Made by a program: the position numbers and the translations under genes
Notes under the pieces: model-generated
The model's input: only the letters and a program-made list of their open reading frames with translations
What the model was told of the DNA's origin: nothing
Databases searched by the model: none
From: Rhodosorus marinus CCMP1338
Lineage: Eukaryota > Plantae > Rhodophyta
Assembly: GCA_029953675.1 (NCBI GenBank)
Contig: JAMWBK010000007.1
Coordinates: forward strand, 496,001-560,000
Direction of reading: 5' to 3'
DNA: 64,000 bases
In this document: in pieces, positions 39,437 through 49,893 of the stretch
How positions within the stretch are numbered: position 1 is the first letter of the stretch
Layout: every line of letters begins with the position of its first letter

Positions 39437-40900
39437 ATGGTGGTGGGATTTTGCCCTAGCTGGGCCGGGTTGAGTTCCGGTAGCAAGCCGTCGGGTGGTA
39501 AGTCGATCTGTTCGGAAGTTGCTGGAGTCGCTGCGTCGATCTGTCTAGGAGTAGGCCTTGCTACGTTGCCAGTGGATGTGCATCATGCATCTGCAAGTGT
39601 TCTGTCTGAGGATACGTTGTTCCGACGATACATCGTCACTTCTGGCGAGGCGTTGCTTCGATACTCCCTGCCGTTGGGGCCTGCAGAGGACAAGCTGGAC
39701 ATTCGAAAACTTCAGAGAATTCTGGAAGATATCGATATCGACTTGAGATCCAAAGGACCTATTGCACTGAGATCAGCCAAGAAAGATATTGAAAATATTC
39801 AGGCCGCACTGGCGCCTGGGAAGCAGCTCAATCTGGCTTTGGACGTTCCGAGGGTTTGCCTAGTCCTTTCCAGTTTATTGTGAAGTGAACTTTGTTTTAG
39901 TGACGGATTCTAACAAATGGCAACGACTTTTTGGTCTGTCAAACTTTCCGCAGGCAAAGAGGGAGAAGGCGTTCGAAGAGATACAAGGGATTGCGTCGGA
40001 TGTTGATTCGATGTCAAAGGCGTTCGACGCTGAGGTGAAACGAAAGAACTCCGCCAAAGGAGCGTTCAGAAGAGGTTCCGTGGACATCCCGAGGGAGTCT
40101 GCGCTCGTTCACGTCGCGAATATCGAGACTATGATGGCTCCTTCAAAACTTCCTTATCGAATACCTTCCAGGTATAAGGAGCTCCCTAGACTTGTTGGTG
40201 AGCTAGGCTTTGTACACGGGATTCTTGAAGTCAACAGGCGGTTTCCCCGCTCATCTACTCCTGTTTTGTGCGGTTTTCGTGTTCTGTAGGAAGAGCGTCT
40301 GTTGATCTCGAAGTTCGCAAAGGAAGCGACTCATCGTTCATGAGCAAGGATGGAAAGAAGGAGGAATCGGTTGTCCTTACCGCGATTGTTGATGGGTATT
40401 CAGCTCCGTTGTCTGCTGGAAACTTTGTTGATTTGGTGAATAGAGGGCACTATGATGGAGAGGTGATCGTGAACAGAATCAGGGGCCTGTTTGCTCTGAC
40501 TGGAGGGGAGGGAGGATTCATCGAAAGCGGAAAACGGAGGGAGATTCCGTTGGAGTTGAAGCTGGACGGTGATCCGTCACCGATCTGGGGAGAAACCTTG
40601 GACCAGGCTGGGTTGTCTGAGGTGCCGCTAAGCATCCCTCCGTCGGCGTACGGTGCCATTGCGTTCGTGCACTCGGAAGGTAACCCAAACGATGGCTCGT
40701 CTCAGTTCTGCTTCTACATCAAAGACCCCAGGTCAATGGAAGCTAGATCGAGGTACGGAGGAATTGAGAACGGGAACGTTTCGACCTTTGGATACGTTGT
40801 GGTGAATGAACAATACCTATCGCAGCTGGAAAAGGGGGACGTCATTGTTAAAGCTCGAGTTAGCTCCGGCCTGGAAAACTTGCAGCGATCAGAGCCCTGA
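39437..40900 (+). CDS. CYP38: Thylakoid lumen cyclophilin CYP38/TLP40, 3 exons
   Basis: A bipartite targeting peptide ends in ASA. Motifs include GEALLRYSLP, YKELPRLVGRASV, IVDGYSAPLSAGNFVDLV, REIPLE, PSAYGAIAF, NDGSSQF and TFGYVV. Confidence 0.88.
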
Positions 40901-41409
40901 GCTCGTGTGAGCTCGTTGAAAACGCAGTGCCATGTGAGAGGCACTTGTGACAACAGAGAAGGATGCCGAGACTCAGCAAGTCTCCATTCTCAAACAGGAG
41001 TATTGTTTGGCTACATTGTGGAGTCCATAATCATTGCCTCGCGCGACTAATCATGGAATGTCGGTGCTCATCTCGTGCCTGGCTTTGTCCAACTGAGTGT
41101 GGTTGTAATGAGCGCATCGGAAGCAGCGTGCCGATGCAGATTGCTCGGTAGTGGCTATCGGAACTCAGCAAACGTGGATACATAACCCATCTTGAGCAAA
41201 AGAGCTTGAAGCCACTGTTCGACTGTAGCTAATGGCCTGTTCTCTGTGGCCTCGCATAAGCCACTCGATCGCGTGGGGTACACTGTAGTGTGCTGACTGC
41301 TGCGGAGAAATCGAACTGATGAGCGCAACAGGCCATTGGCTTTCTGATTTTCGGCGAGCTTTACAGTTAAAAAAATCTGCGGTTGAAGAGGTTGAACCAA
41401 CGCGGCGCT

Positions 41410-42354
41410 CTAAAAGACTTGCACGGCTTCCACCTCTATAATCAAAGTCCCGTCGAATCTTCGCGACAGCTTTCGTACACCTTGATAGGTAGCAGGGGCT
41501 GGGAGCCGGGAGAGATCCATGCAGCTTTCTGTCTCATTCAGTGAGGCACCGGGAAGCCCAACCACAGTCCCAACGTCAATGGATTTCTCGCATCCAATCG
41601 ATTTCCTCCAGCCTCTCTCCGGCAGTATTCGGATCCTTCGGATACCTGTGCGTATTATTGATAAAGTGAGCAATGCAAAGACAGGTCAGGAAGCGATCTA
41701 TGTGGGGGGGGGGGGTTTCACTCACGGCGACTATCCCACGTCGCCGTGGGTAGGAGAAGTGGATTAACGATAGGGCTTACCTCCCTCTTTCATTCCAATG
41801 ATTCCTTCGGATAAGGCGGGAACCATCTCTGCGTCTCCGACTCTAATTTTTAACTTTGATCCTTCCTTGTCGTCGTCCTCCCCGTAGCCGTACGAGAAAA
41901 CCGGACTTCCCTCACCGGTTAGTCCATCGGCGGATCTCTTCCCGGCCTTGAGCACCCGATATCGAATGTCCACCTCTCCAGCTTCTCCTACAGACTTTCC
42001 AGATCCAATCTGAACATCTCGGTATCTGTCGCCGCCCGCGCCGACCTGGAAGTCCGATGATTCACCAAACATCTCAGCCTCTCTGGACTCACCAAGCCGT
42101 CTGGCTTCCTCCATGTTGGTCGCGCGCTCCTGCGGACCTCGCTTTCCATAGTCCTGCGGCGGAGCGGAGCCTTTCACGAGCGCTTGTGTGGACATTGATC
42201 CAGCGCAAAGTCCAGCAAAGACTCCAGCGCCCGCGATGAGCACATCTCTCCGGCTTGGCTGCCGTTCTGAATGACACCTGATCGTACGCCTTGTGTTTCT
42301 CAGAGAGCTTGGCTGGTCTCCGAGAGACCAGCCCCATACAAACCCAGCCTCCAT
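41410..42354 (-). CDS. Thylakoid lumen FKBP-type immunophilin with a Tat signal, 2 exons
   Basis: The twin-Arg SRRDVL precedes a hydrophobic stretch. The FKBP fold segments are YRDVQIGSG, VDIRY, MVPALSEGIIGMKEGGIRRIRILPERGW and TLIIEVE. Confidence 0.88.
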
Positions 42355-43022
42355 TCCTAAGCGCTGGCCGAAATTCTTTTTGCTTCTAGATCGTCGTCTT
42401 TCCTCCGTGCCTATTGCAGAAGCCCACCCGAGATAGGCAATCTCTGGTCACCGCCATCGTGCTGCGTCCAATTTCGTAAACAGAAGTGAAAGGGCTTTGC
42501 GCACCGCTGACGGGGTGTGAACGATGGACGTCATGCATTAGTACTGGCTTTGTCTAGAGCTTGCAGAGGGAGCGGATCTCAGGGAGCACTCGGTTACTCC
42601 GCGAGATCTACAAGCGCGTCATCCAAGCCATGAACGGGGCAAGTCGGCGATGGAAGAGAGTTGTTGCTTGTCCAACAACGCGATCTAGGCGGTAGAGAGT
42701 GCGCTCTGGAAGAAATCTACCTCTCCTAAACAATCTCACTTCAATACAGATCAGCAAAGAAAACAGATCTAAGAAAACCACGCCTGGCGTGAGAACCAGA
42801 GGACAAGCCCAAACTACCGGACGTACCAGAACTCTACGTGAAGGGTTGGAGGTTAGCGAGGCTAAAATAGCAAACGAGGAGGGTTTAAAACGAGCAGAAA
42901 ACCATGGTAACGGGCAGGAGAACCAACCTCGAGTTCTTAAAATCTGAAACGACTTCACGTTCACCCTGCAAAGACGATGGATGGTCGACCCCATCCCAAG
43001 ATCCACAACCATTTTTCAAAAT

Positions 43023-43105
43023 GACTGAATATTCAGTCTCCAATATTCAGACAATGAACGATATTATGGACTGAATATCCAGTCTTTATTGGATAATGAC
43101 TGAAG
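43023..43105. repeat. Cluster of palindromic GACTGAATATTCAGTC motifs
   Basis: A perfect 16-bp palindrome lies at 43023-43038 and a one-mismatch copy at 43069-43084. Partial copies are at about 43042-43052 and 43096-43105. Confidence 0.75.
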
Positions 43106-43555
43106 TACAAAATTGTTGCCCCGTCGATTGCAAGAGGGTCCATTGCCATTTGAAGACCCCTTCATTAGTTGTTGATGTAGCAAGAGGGATCGGCTTCCCA
43201 CTTATTAATTTATGAAAAATTGTGATGCGAGAAGTATTGCTATTGTTTCGTTTGCTGGTTAAGGGGGGGGGGAATTAGTATTGGAAACTAGATATCTACT
43301 GCCAATGTTTCTTTCGGGTCAGTCACTATGTTGATGATGGGAAAGCTTATCAATGGGGAGAAAGGGCTCGGCCTGGGATCGCTAGGAGTGTCGAGGTTGG
43401 AGAGAACCTGTTCTGGAGAGGAATCTGGGAGGTCTAGAGATAGATGCGATTGCGAATAAGTTATAGGTTTGATTGTAGGAAGAGTGGATTGGGTTTTGTG
43501 GCGTCCTCCGATTGAGTGGTGGGTGTCTGACTAGTTGTGGAAAGGCTGTTTTGTG

Positions 43556-45714
43556 ATGGCGGAAGTTGACGAGGTGTCTGTGTCCTCTGCTGGGAGTGCC
43601 CAAGCTCGGAAGGATGCAATTCGTGCTCCGTCAACCCTCGCGGTGATGCTGAAATCGCACTACCCTTTGCTGTTGGTGTTGCGGTTGCTTTGTATATGTT
43701 TGCCCGGTTTCATCCAGAGATCTGAGTTTGCTGAAGGCCAGGAGGCGGTCTACAAAATGTTCTTCCACGGAGGCACCGATGATTTCCTGGATGTGCCGGC
43801 CGATATGCTAGGCGATGATCCGAAGACTTCCATCGTACCGGCGCTTATAACTTCCTTCGTACCGTATGCCGTCGCGAAGGCACTCCTTGCAGAGGGTGAG
43901 CATTCGATGTGGGCACCAGTGATCACGTTCTTGATCCCGAGGGTCTGGATGTTTTTCTTGTCCATTGTCCTCGACTTCCTCACCCTGGAGTGCTTGAACC
44001 TCGTTGGTGGTCAGGGTCGTCTTGAAGCCGCGGGAATTCTTGCTACGAGCTGGGCTTCATTGGTGATAGCAGTTAGGCCTTCCAAGGCGATTGTAGAGGC
44101 GATCGCTGTCTCCGGATGCATGGCATCACTTCTCAGTGTCCGAAGCGATTTGTTCAAGACACCCGCGTTTCTCATCTTCTACGCCCTCGGAATTTTCTGT
44201 CGATCATCGTTCTTCATGTACGGGTTAATCCTCATGTACTTCATCGGCACGATGGTGATGAAACCCAACCCGAGACACGTGGCGACCATTGCGGGGATTA
44301 TGCTCGGAGCCGTCGCTTTCTTGTTCGAGTTTGCTTCTTTGGCAGCTTTGGACTCGTTTCACTACGGCAAGCTCAGTTTGGTTATGGGTGGCGTCACGTA
44401 TGAGAACCTTACCAGTTTGGTGCAGCAGGTGCAAGAAGGCGGGGTCATTTTCTCATTACCGGGCGTCATAGGGTCTCTTATGATTACTCCGTTTCACAGC
44501 ATGACGGTTAATACTTTGAAGGAGTTCCGTGTTTACTTGGCAAAATCCATCTCCGCAGGACAGATGTTTGTTAGTTTCCCACTGCTTGTTGGCCCATTGG
44601 CTGTGATCCTGTGCATCGTAAGTTCTGCAATCAATAACAAGGCTATGGCTGAGCTTCAGGATTGTCGGAGCTGGTGCTAGCTCCGCCCGTTGGCCTTTGT
44701 CGGACAATCTGACTGCGCTGCAAGAGTCTGGGTTGTTTGAATAATCTTCCCGATCTTCTAAGTTATCATCTACACTTCACGCGACCACAGGAAGCATATG
44801 ACTCGTTTCGACGGCTCACTAAGGAAGTCATGAGCGAAGTAAAAGGTGGGCAGAAGAAGAGGAAGACGAAGAAGGTTCCGGAGCTTGCGAAAGCGAGAGA
44901 GGAGGAGGAGTCCGTATATTCCGACACCGTCGAGATGACGTTGACCCTCGGGCTCACGGTTGAAGCGATTTTTGGGTCTGGGACCGCTGGTTTGCTCTCC
45001 ATTTTCCCCCTGCTTGCTCCTTGCATCCTCATGTTCCACGAGAAGATCTTCGGTGCCAAGGCGTTCAAGAGTGCTTGGAAGTGGTGGATTGCGTACAACA
45101 TGCTGGCTGTGTTGTTCTTCGGGTTCCTTCACAACAGCGGACCAGTGAGGCTAGCAACAGGTTTGGCGCATGGTGAGATGATAGAACCTGCTGGTTCGCC
45201 ACCTACGATCTACTTCTATAAGACCTACAAGCCGGCGAGTTATCTTCTCCACGACAACATTTTGGATGCCAAGTTCATGTCTCTTGAAAACGTGACAAGA
45301 ACTGAGAATGTGCATCCAAAGGTGTGGGCAGCGCAAGAGCATGAGCCGGGCCGAAAGTTTTACGTTGCTGCCCCAGCGACACTGGCTCTCACTGAGAAGC
45401 AAGGGTATTCTCTGGTGGTCAAGTACAACATGCATATGTCGTTGGAGAGCCTGCCGAAAAATCTTGATGATGTTCTCAAGTCATCGAAGATGAATCTGTA
45501 TTCGCTTGTAGAAAGAGAGGGTACGTATCGAGGTCATTCAGTCTCCTTTCCTTCAGCTTTTGCTGTTCAGTTCCTTCCTATGGGCCTTATCCTCGACCTT
45601 GCAAATATCTTACGAATCGTAGAACCAGACGACTTTGAAGATGAGGAGGAGGAGCAGCCAGAAGCTGGAGCTTGGGATGCTGAGCAAGATGGTCCGAGTA
45701 GCGGTGAACTGTAG
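43556..45714 (+). CDS. PIGZ: PIG-Z/Smp3 (GT22 GPI mannosyltransferase 4)-like polytopic membrane protein, divergent
   Basis: Motif order matches PIG-Z: PGFIQRSEF (vs YIHPDEF), LIPRVWMFFLSIVLD, TSWASLVIAVRPSKAIVE (vs TSYVTLVFYTRTFSNTIE), GIFCRSSF, and a lumenal C-terminal YFYKTYKP. The predicted intron is about 44616-44790. Confidence 0.7.
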
Positions 45715-46464
45715 ACAAGTCGTTGCCGTGCATATTTGCGTAAGGTCACTAGCCGAGCATCCTCGGATCGAACACCGAAGTTCGTTTTTGTCATGTTCTG
45801 CGGACTCGGCTTGTTGATTGTTCATTAGAGAAATTTCACAAAAAGTCACCCGACACGAACGGGATTGGCGGAGTGAGCGTTGCCTTCTCCTGGGAAACCC
45901 TCTTCGAAAGGGCTTTGCCGCTAAATATGAGGCGGAGAAGAAAAAGACGAACATCTGGATCTTGACCAATCTTGCACCAGCGTAAGTCCCAGAGTCACTT
46001 TGGTGGTCTTGTCACAAGAAACTTGCACGACCTCTTGGCCGTAGAAAAAAAACACGCCAGAAGCTGGAGAGCGTGGTTATTGTTTTCTTCCTTTTGGCTA
46101 AAAACCACTGAAGAGCGAGTATGAGAGACGCACAGGAGTCTCAGTGCTTTGGTCTTCTCCAATTGCGCGACGTCCTCGATAGCAGCTCGCGCTTCAAGTA
46201 ACTCCAGCATGGAACGAGCGGAACTTTGGGAAACTGGAAGGGCAGACTTGATCAAAAAACAACTCAGGGCCGGGTTGAGGAGGAGACAAGGCCTGGCACT
46301 CCCCTCCTCAGATATCTAAGTTTAGAACGGACCACAAAAAGGATATATACAGGCATACAAAGAAACAAGCACGCCTCCCCAGTCCTCACCTCCAACGCCT
46401 GATGTCACAACTCCGGACTGAGTCAGCCAAGCCCTCCATTAAGACGTAATACTCAAAAAAATAT

Positions 46465-46670
46465 TTTGGCGGGGAGATTCTTCAAAAGCGAATATATCTA
46501 TCACTCCCCCCCCCCCTCTAGAATTCCAATCCCAATCCCATACACTGACAAAAAATATAATTACATACAGATTCTCAACCAAAAACGCGGAATACCACCT
46601 CACCCCTAACTCCCAATCCACCAAAACTCGATCCAGGATTTAAAAAAACGAATCCTCAAAGTTTTGGCGG
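46465..46670. promoter_or_regulatory. Two TTTGGCGG E2F-like motifs upstream of H2A.Z
   Basis: TTTGGCGG occurs at 46465-46472 and 46663-46670. These short motifs could occur by chance. Confidence 0.3.
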
Positions 46671-47330
46671 GTGCTTCGCTGTTTTGAACCTATTCTAACT
46701 ATTCAACCAAGGGGTTAGTAACTATCCAACAATAGAAGCTCTACCCCTCTATAAAAAAATTCAAAAAACAAATCAATACGTTTAAATATTATTATTTTAC
46801 ATATAATTAGAAAGTAAAAAGGGGTATAATAACGTTAAATAGTATATTTATATAGGGGGGTAAAAAAGTATTGTTTTGCTGGTGGTAAAAAAGTTGGGGT
46901 TGATGTGGAGTCGCCCTGTCATTTGCTGAATGGAAGGTGTTGGGGGGTTGGCTTGCTCATTAGATTTTTTTTTTTTGGGGGGGAGGAGGGGGGCGTTTTG
47001 GTGGGGGATTTTTCATAGTTTTGAGATGGGAAGGAAGGAATGAATAGATGATGTAAAGACTGGAAATGATGAGTTTCTCGTTGCTCCCTTTTTCGGGTTT
47101 GCTTTGTTTAGTATGAGGTTTTTTTTTAAAATGGTTATGTATCGTCTGTTTGGATAGTAGTAGGTTTGTTTTGTTTTGTGGCCTGTTGTTGTAGAAGTTA
47201 CGAACGGCGGTGAAGGGAGCTTTAGTCGGGTGGGGTGGTGGGGTGGGAAGGGGGTGGGAGGGCGTATTTAGGAAGAACGAACTGGAGCAAGTTTTGAGAG
47301 CTGCGTGAGGATTTTCCAAGTGAGAGCAAA

Positions 47331-48087
47331 ATGGCGCCTAAGAAGGATACCGCGGAGGATAAGAAAGAGGCTAAGAAGCCGGTTTCTAGATCTGCTCGAG
47401 CTGGATTGCAGGTATAAACAACTCCCAACGGCTCTCCCTTTATCTGTTTATCTTCTGTATTAGTCCCATGCCTGTTTCCCTGCTTCGCTCTTTCTTCTTG
47501 TTGGTTGGCTTTCGTTGCCTGGTCAGAACTCTGTTGGATGCCGAAAAGGACGTGCCCTTACTCATTTGATCAGGACTAGGGGGAGTTCTTGCGGTTTCGG
47601 TTTCCCTTATCCTCGTCAGGAAGCACTTGGGTTGTCCTCCTCATCTAGCAAGATATGGCTCAAATCTTCTTGTTTCGTGCATTCTTGCCCCTTTTGATGG
47701 TGCTCCAAGAACGCAACGTAGATTCGCATCAAGTGTACTGAACACAATTGTTCCTGCTTTGACTCGTAGTTTCCCGTTGGAAGAATCCACCGACTCCTGA
47801 AGACCAAGGTATCACGAGCGGAGCGAGTTGGAGCAACCGCTGCAGTTTACTCCGCGGCGATATTGGAGTACCTTACAGCAGAAGTGCTTGAGTTGGCAGG
47901 AAATGCATCCAAGGACCTGAAGGTGAAGCGTATCACACCTCGCCATCTGCAGCTCGCCATCCGTGGAGATGAGGAGCTGGACACTTTAATTAAGGCCACA
48001 ATCGCTGGAGGAGGTGTTATTCCACACATTCACAAATCGCTCACCAACAAGGGAGCAAAGCCGAAGAAGTTTCAACCTGTGGAATAG
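47331..48087 (+). CDS. H2AZ: Histone variant H2A.Z, 2 exons
   Basis: The protein reads SRSARAGLQ|[11 protein letters not shown]...[73 protein letters not shown]. The intron is 47412-47769. Confidence 0.97.
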
Positions 48088-48323
48088 GAACCCAGAGTCA
48101 CTCTTTACTTTATACGGTCGTACTGGACGATTTAAAGAAAAAAGAAAAACCGAGAAAAACACAATCACATATGAAAGGCTTCCTCCTTCGGAGCCATTCA
48201 GTGTTGGCTTGGATCCAAACAATGTCCTGAGCTTTTTCTGAATGTTCGACTAATTGGCTTTGTATGCAAATACCACCAAACCTTTTGTCTTGTTCGCCGC
48301 ATCCAAGAGATTCTTCATAACGC

Positions 48324-49893
48324 CTACCTCGCGTTCCGCCGTTGGTATTCCAACACGGCCTTCGGCACTTGAGACTTGAGAACCACATCCTTTTCGACGA
48401 TTCCTGTGGTGCCCGACCTTCCGTAAGAGCTTCCGATATTAACTGAGCCTTGAGTTGAACTGTACTTGGCTCGAACAGCTTCCAACTTCTCAGCCCTAGC
48501 TCTTGCCTCGGGCGACGGCGTCCTAGATGAGCTTGACCGGCTTCTTGAAGGGCTTCTCTTCTTCCTCAGTGGACTAGGGCTCCGACTCCTGCGGTATCGA
48601 CGGTCCCGGCCTTGTCTTTTCGAATGCGGACTTCTTGAACGACTCCTCCGAGACCGTCTGTAGTCTCTAGCTCTCCCGCTGTGCCTATCCCTATCCCTCG
48701 AAGTTCTCCAGTGCTTATCATCTCGTCGTCCGGGGCTATAGGAACGACTTCTCCTTCGCGGAATTCTGTCGGAATGGTAGCTGTACGAGCAAGTTCCAGC
48801 AAAAAGACGCAGAGCAATATCGCGTAAGTGCTACTGGAAGCATCAACCCGGAACGTCCTGAGCAATTGGAGTGTGTCACACTTACTCCTTTCTCCCCCGT
48901 GCAGGAGACCTGGACCGCTTTCGCCTGGGCTCAGACCTGTCGTTGTCCTTGCTAGTCTCACGCAGGTTCTTTTCCAACTCCTGCATGACGGTGGCAGGGA
49001 CTCTCGGCAACATGGTGTCGTAAAACTTTGTATTCCTTATCAAATCCCTAACCAACCTCCCGATGGTGATGGAGCTTCCTCCCGGATTTGAACGGGGAAC
49101 AAGTTCCTCCTGGTCATTTACGTAGTCTTTAAACCATGACCAAAACTCTCGAGGATTTAGCCCATATCTTAAATAAAGAAAGCCTAAAGCCCGGATGTAT
49201 GGAGAATCTTGGTGATTAAGGAGCACCTTCATTTGTTTCAGGCTAAGCCTCATGAGAAACATCTTGTAGAGGAGGCAGAATGCGGAAGATGGATGACCAA
49301 GTCCCTTGCCAGCTACCCATGGTTCAATATAGCTCACTTCGTTGTAGATTTCATCCACTGTGAAGAAAAAACAACCACAACGATGATAACCAAGAAGAAA
49401 ACAAGTCGGATGAGGACGAATTCATCTTGGTGGGGAGGATCAGGAGACGCCAGGCACCATCCCGTGGTCCGTCTTCTGACCAACCTTCAGCGAAAAAAAG
49501 GGGCTTGGGGCATTTACGCACCTACTTCGTTGAAAGTTTTCAGCCGATAGAGCTGCTTAAAGTAAGGCGAGTTCTTCACCCCAGTCACAACCGCGACTGG
49601 AATGCTTCGCAAGCGCAAAAGGGACAAACACAGCGTTACAACAAAAAAAAAAGAGAAGAAACGTGGAACTTAAGTTCTTCCATGGTATCAGAAAATGTCT
49701 CCATACTGAAGCAGAAACCAAGGCAACTCGAGTTCCTCCTCTGCAGAAAAAAAAGACTCAACCAAGGCAGGTTCGACGGTTAAAAAAAAACAAACACAAC
49801 TTACTTGAACGTAGTATCATTTCCGTATATCTCAAGCCGATAGTTGACTTTCTTCCCATCATCTTCCTCATCCAGGCCTGCTTCACCCTTCAT
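48324..49893 (-). CDS. PRPF38B: Pre-mRNA splicing factor PRP38B with a C-terminal RS domain, multi-exon
   Basis: Motifs include LEIYGNDTTFN, NSPYFKQLYRLKTFNEV, DEIYNEVSYIEPW, SSAFCLLYKMF and DSPYIRALGFLYLRY, followed by an RS-rich tail. An additional upstream exon is possible. Confidence 0.9.
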
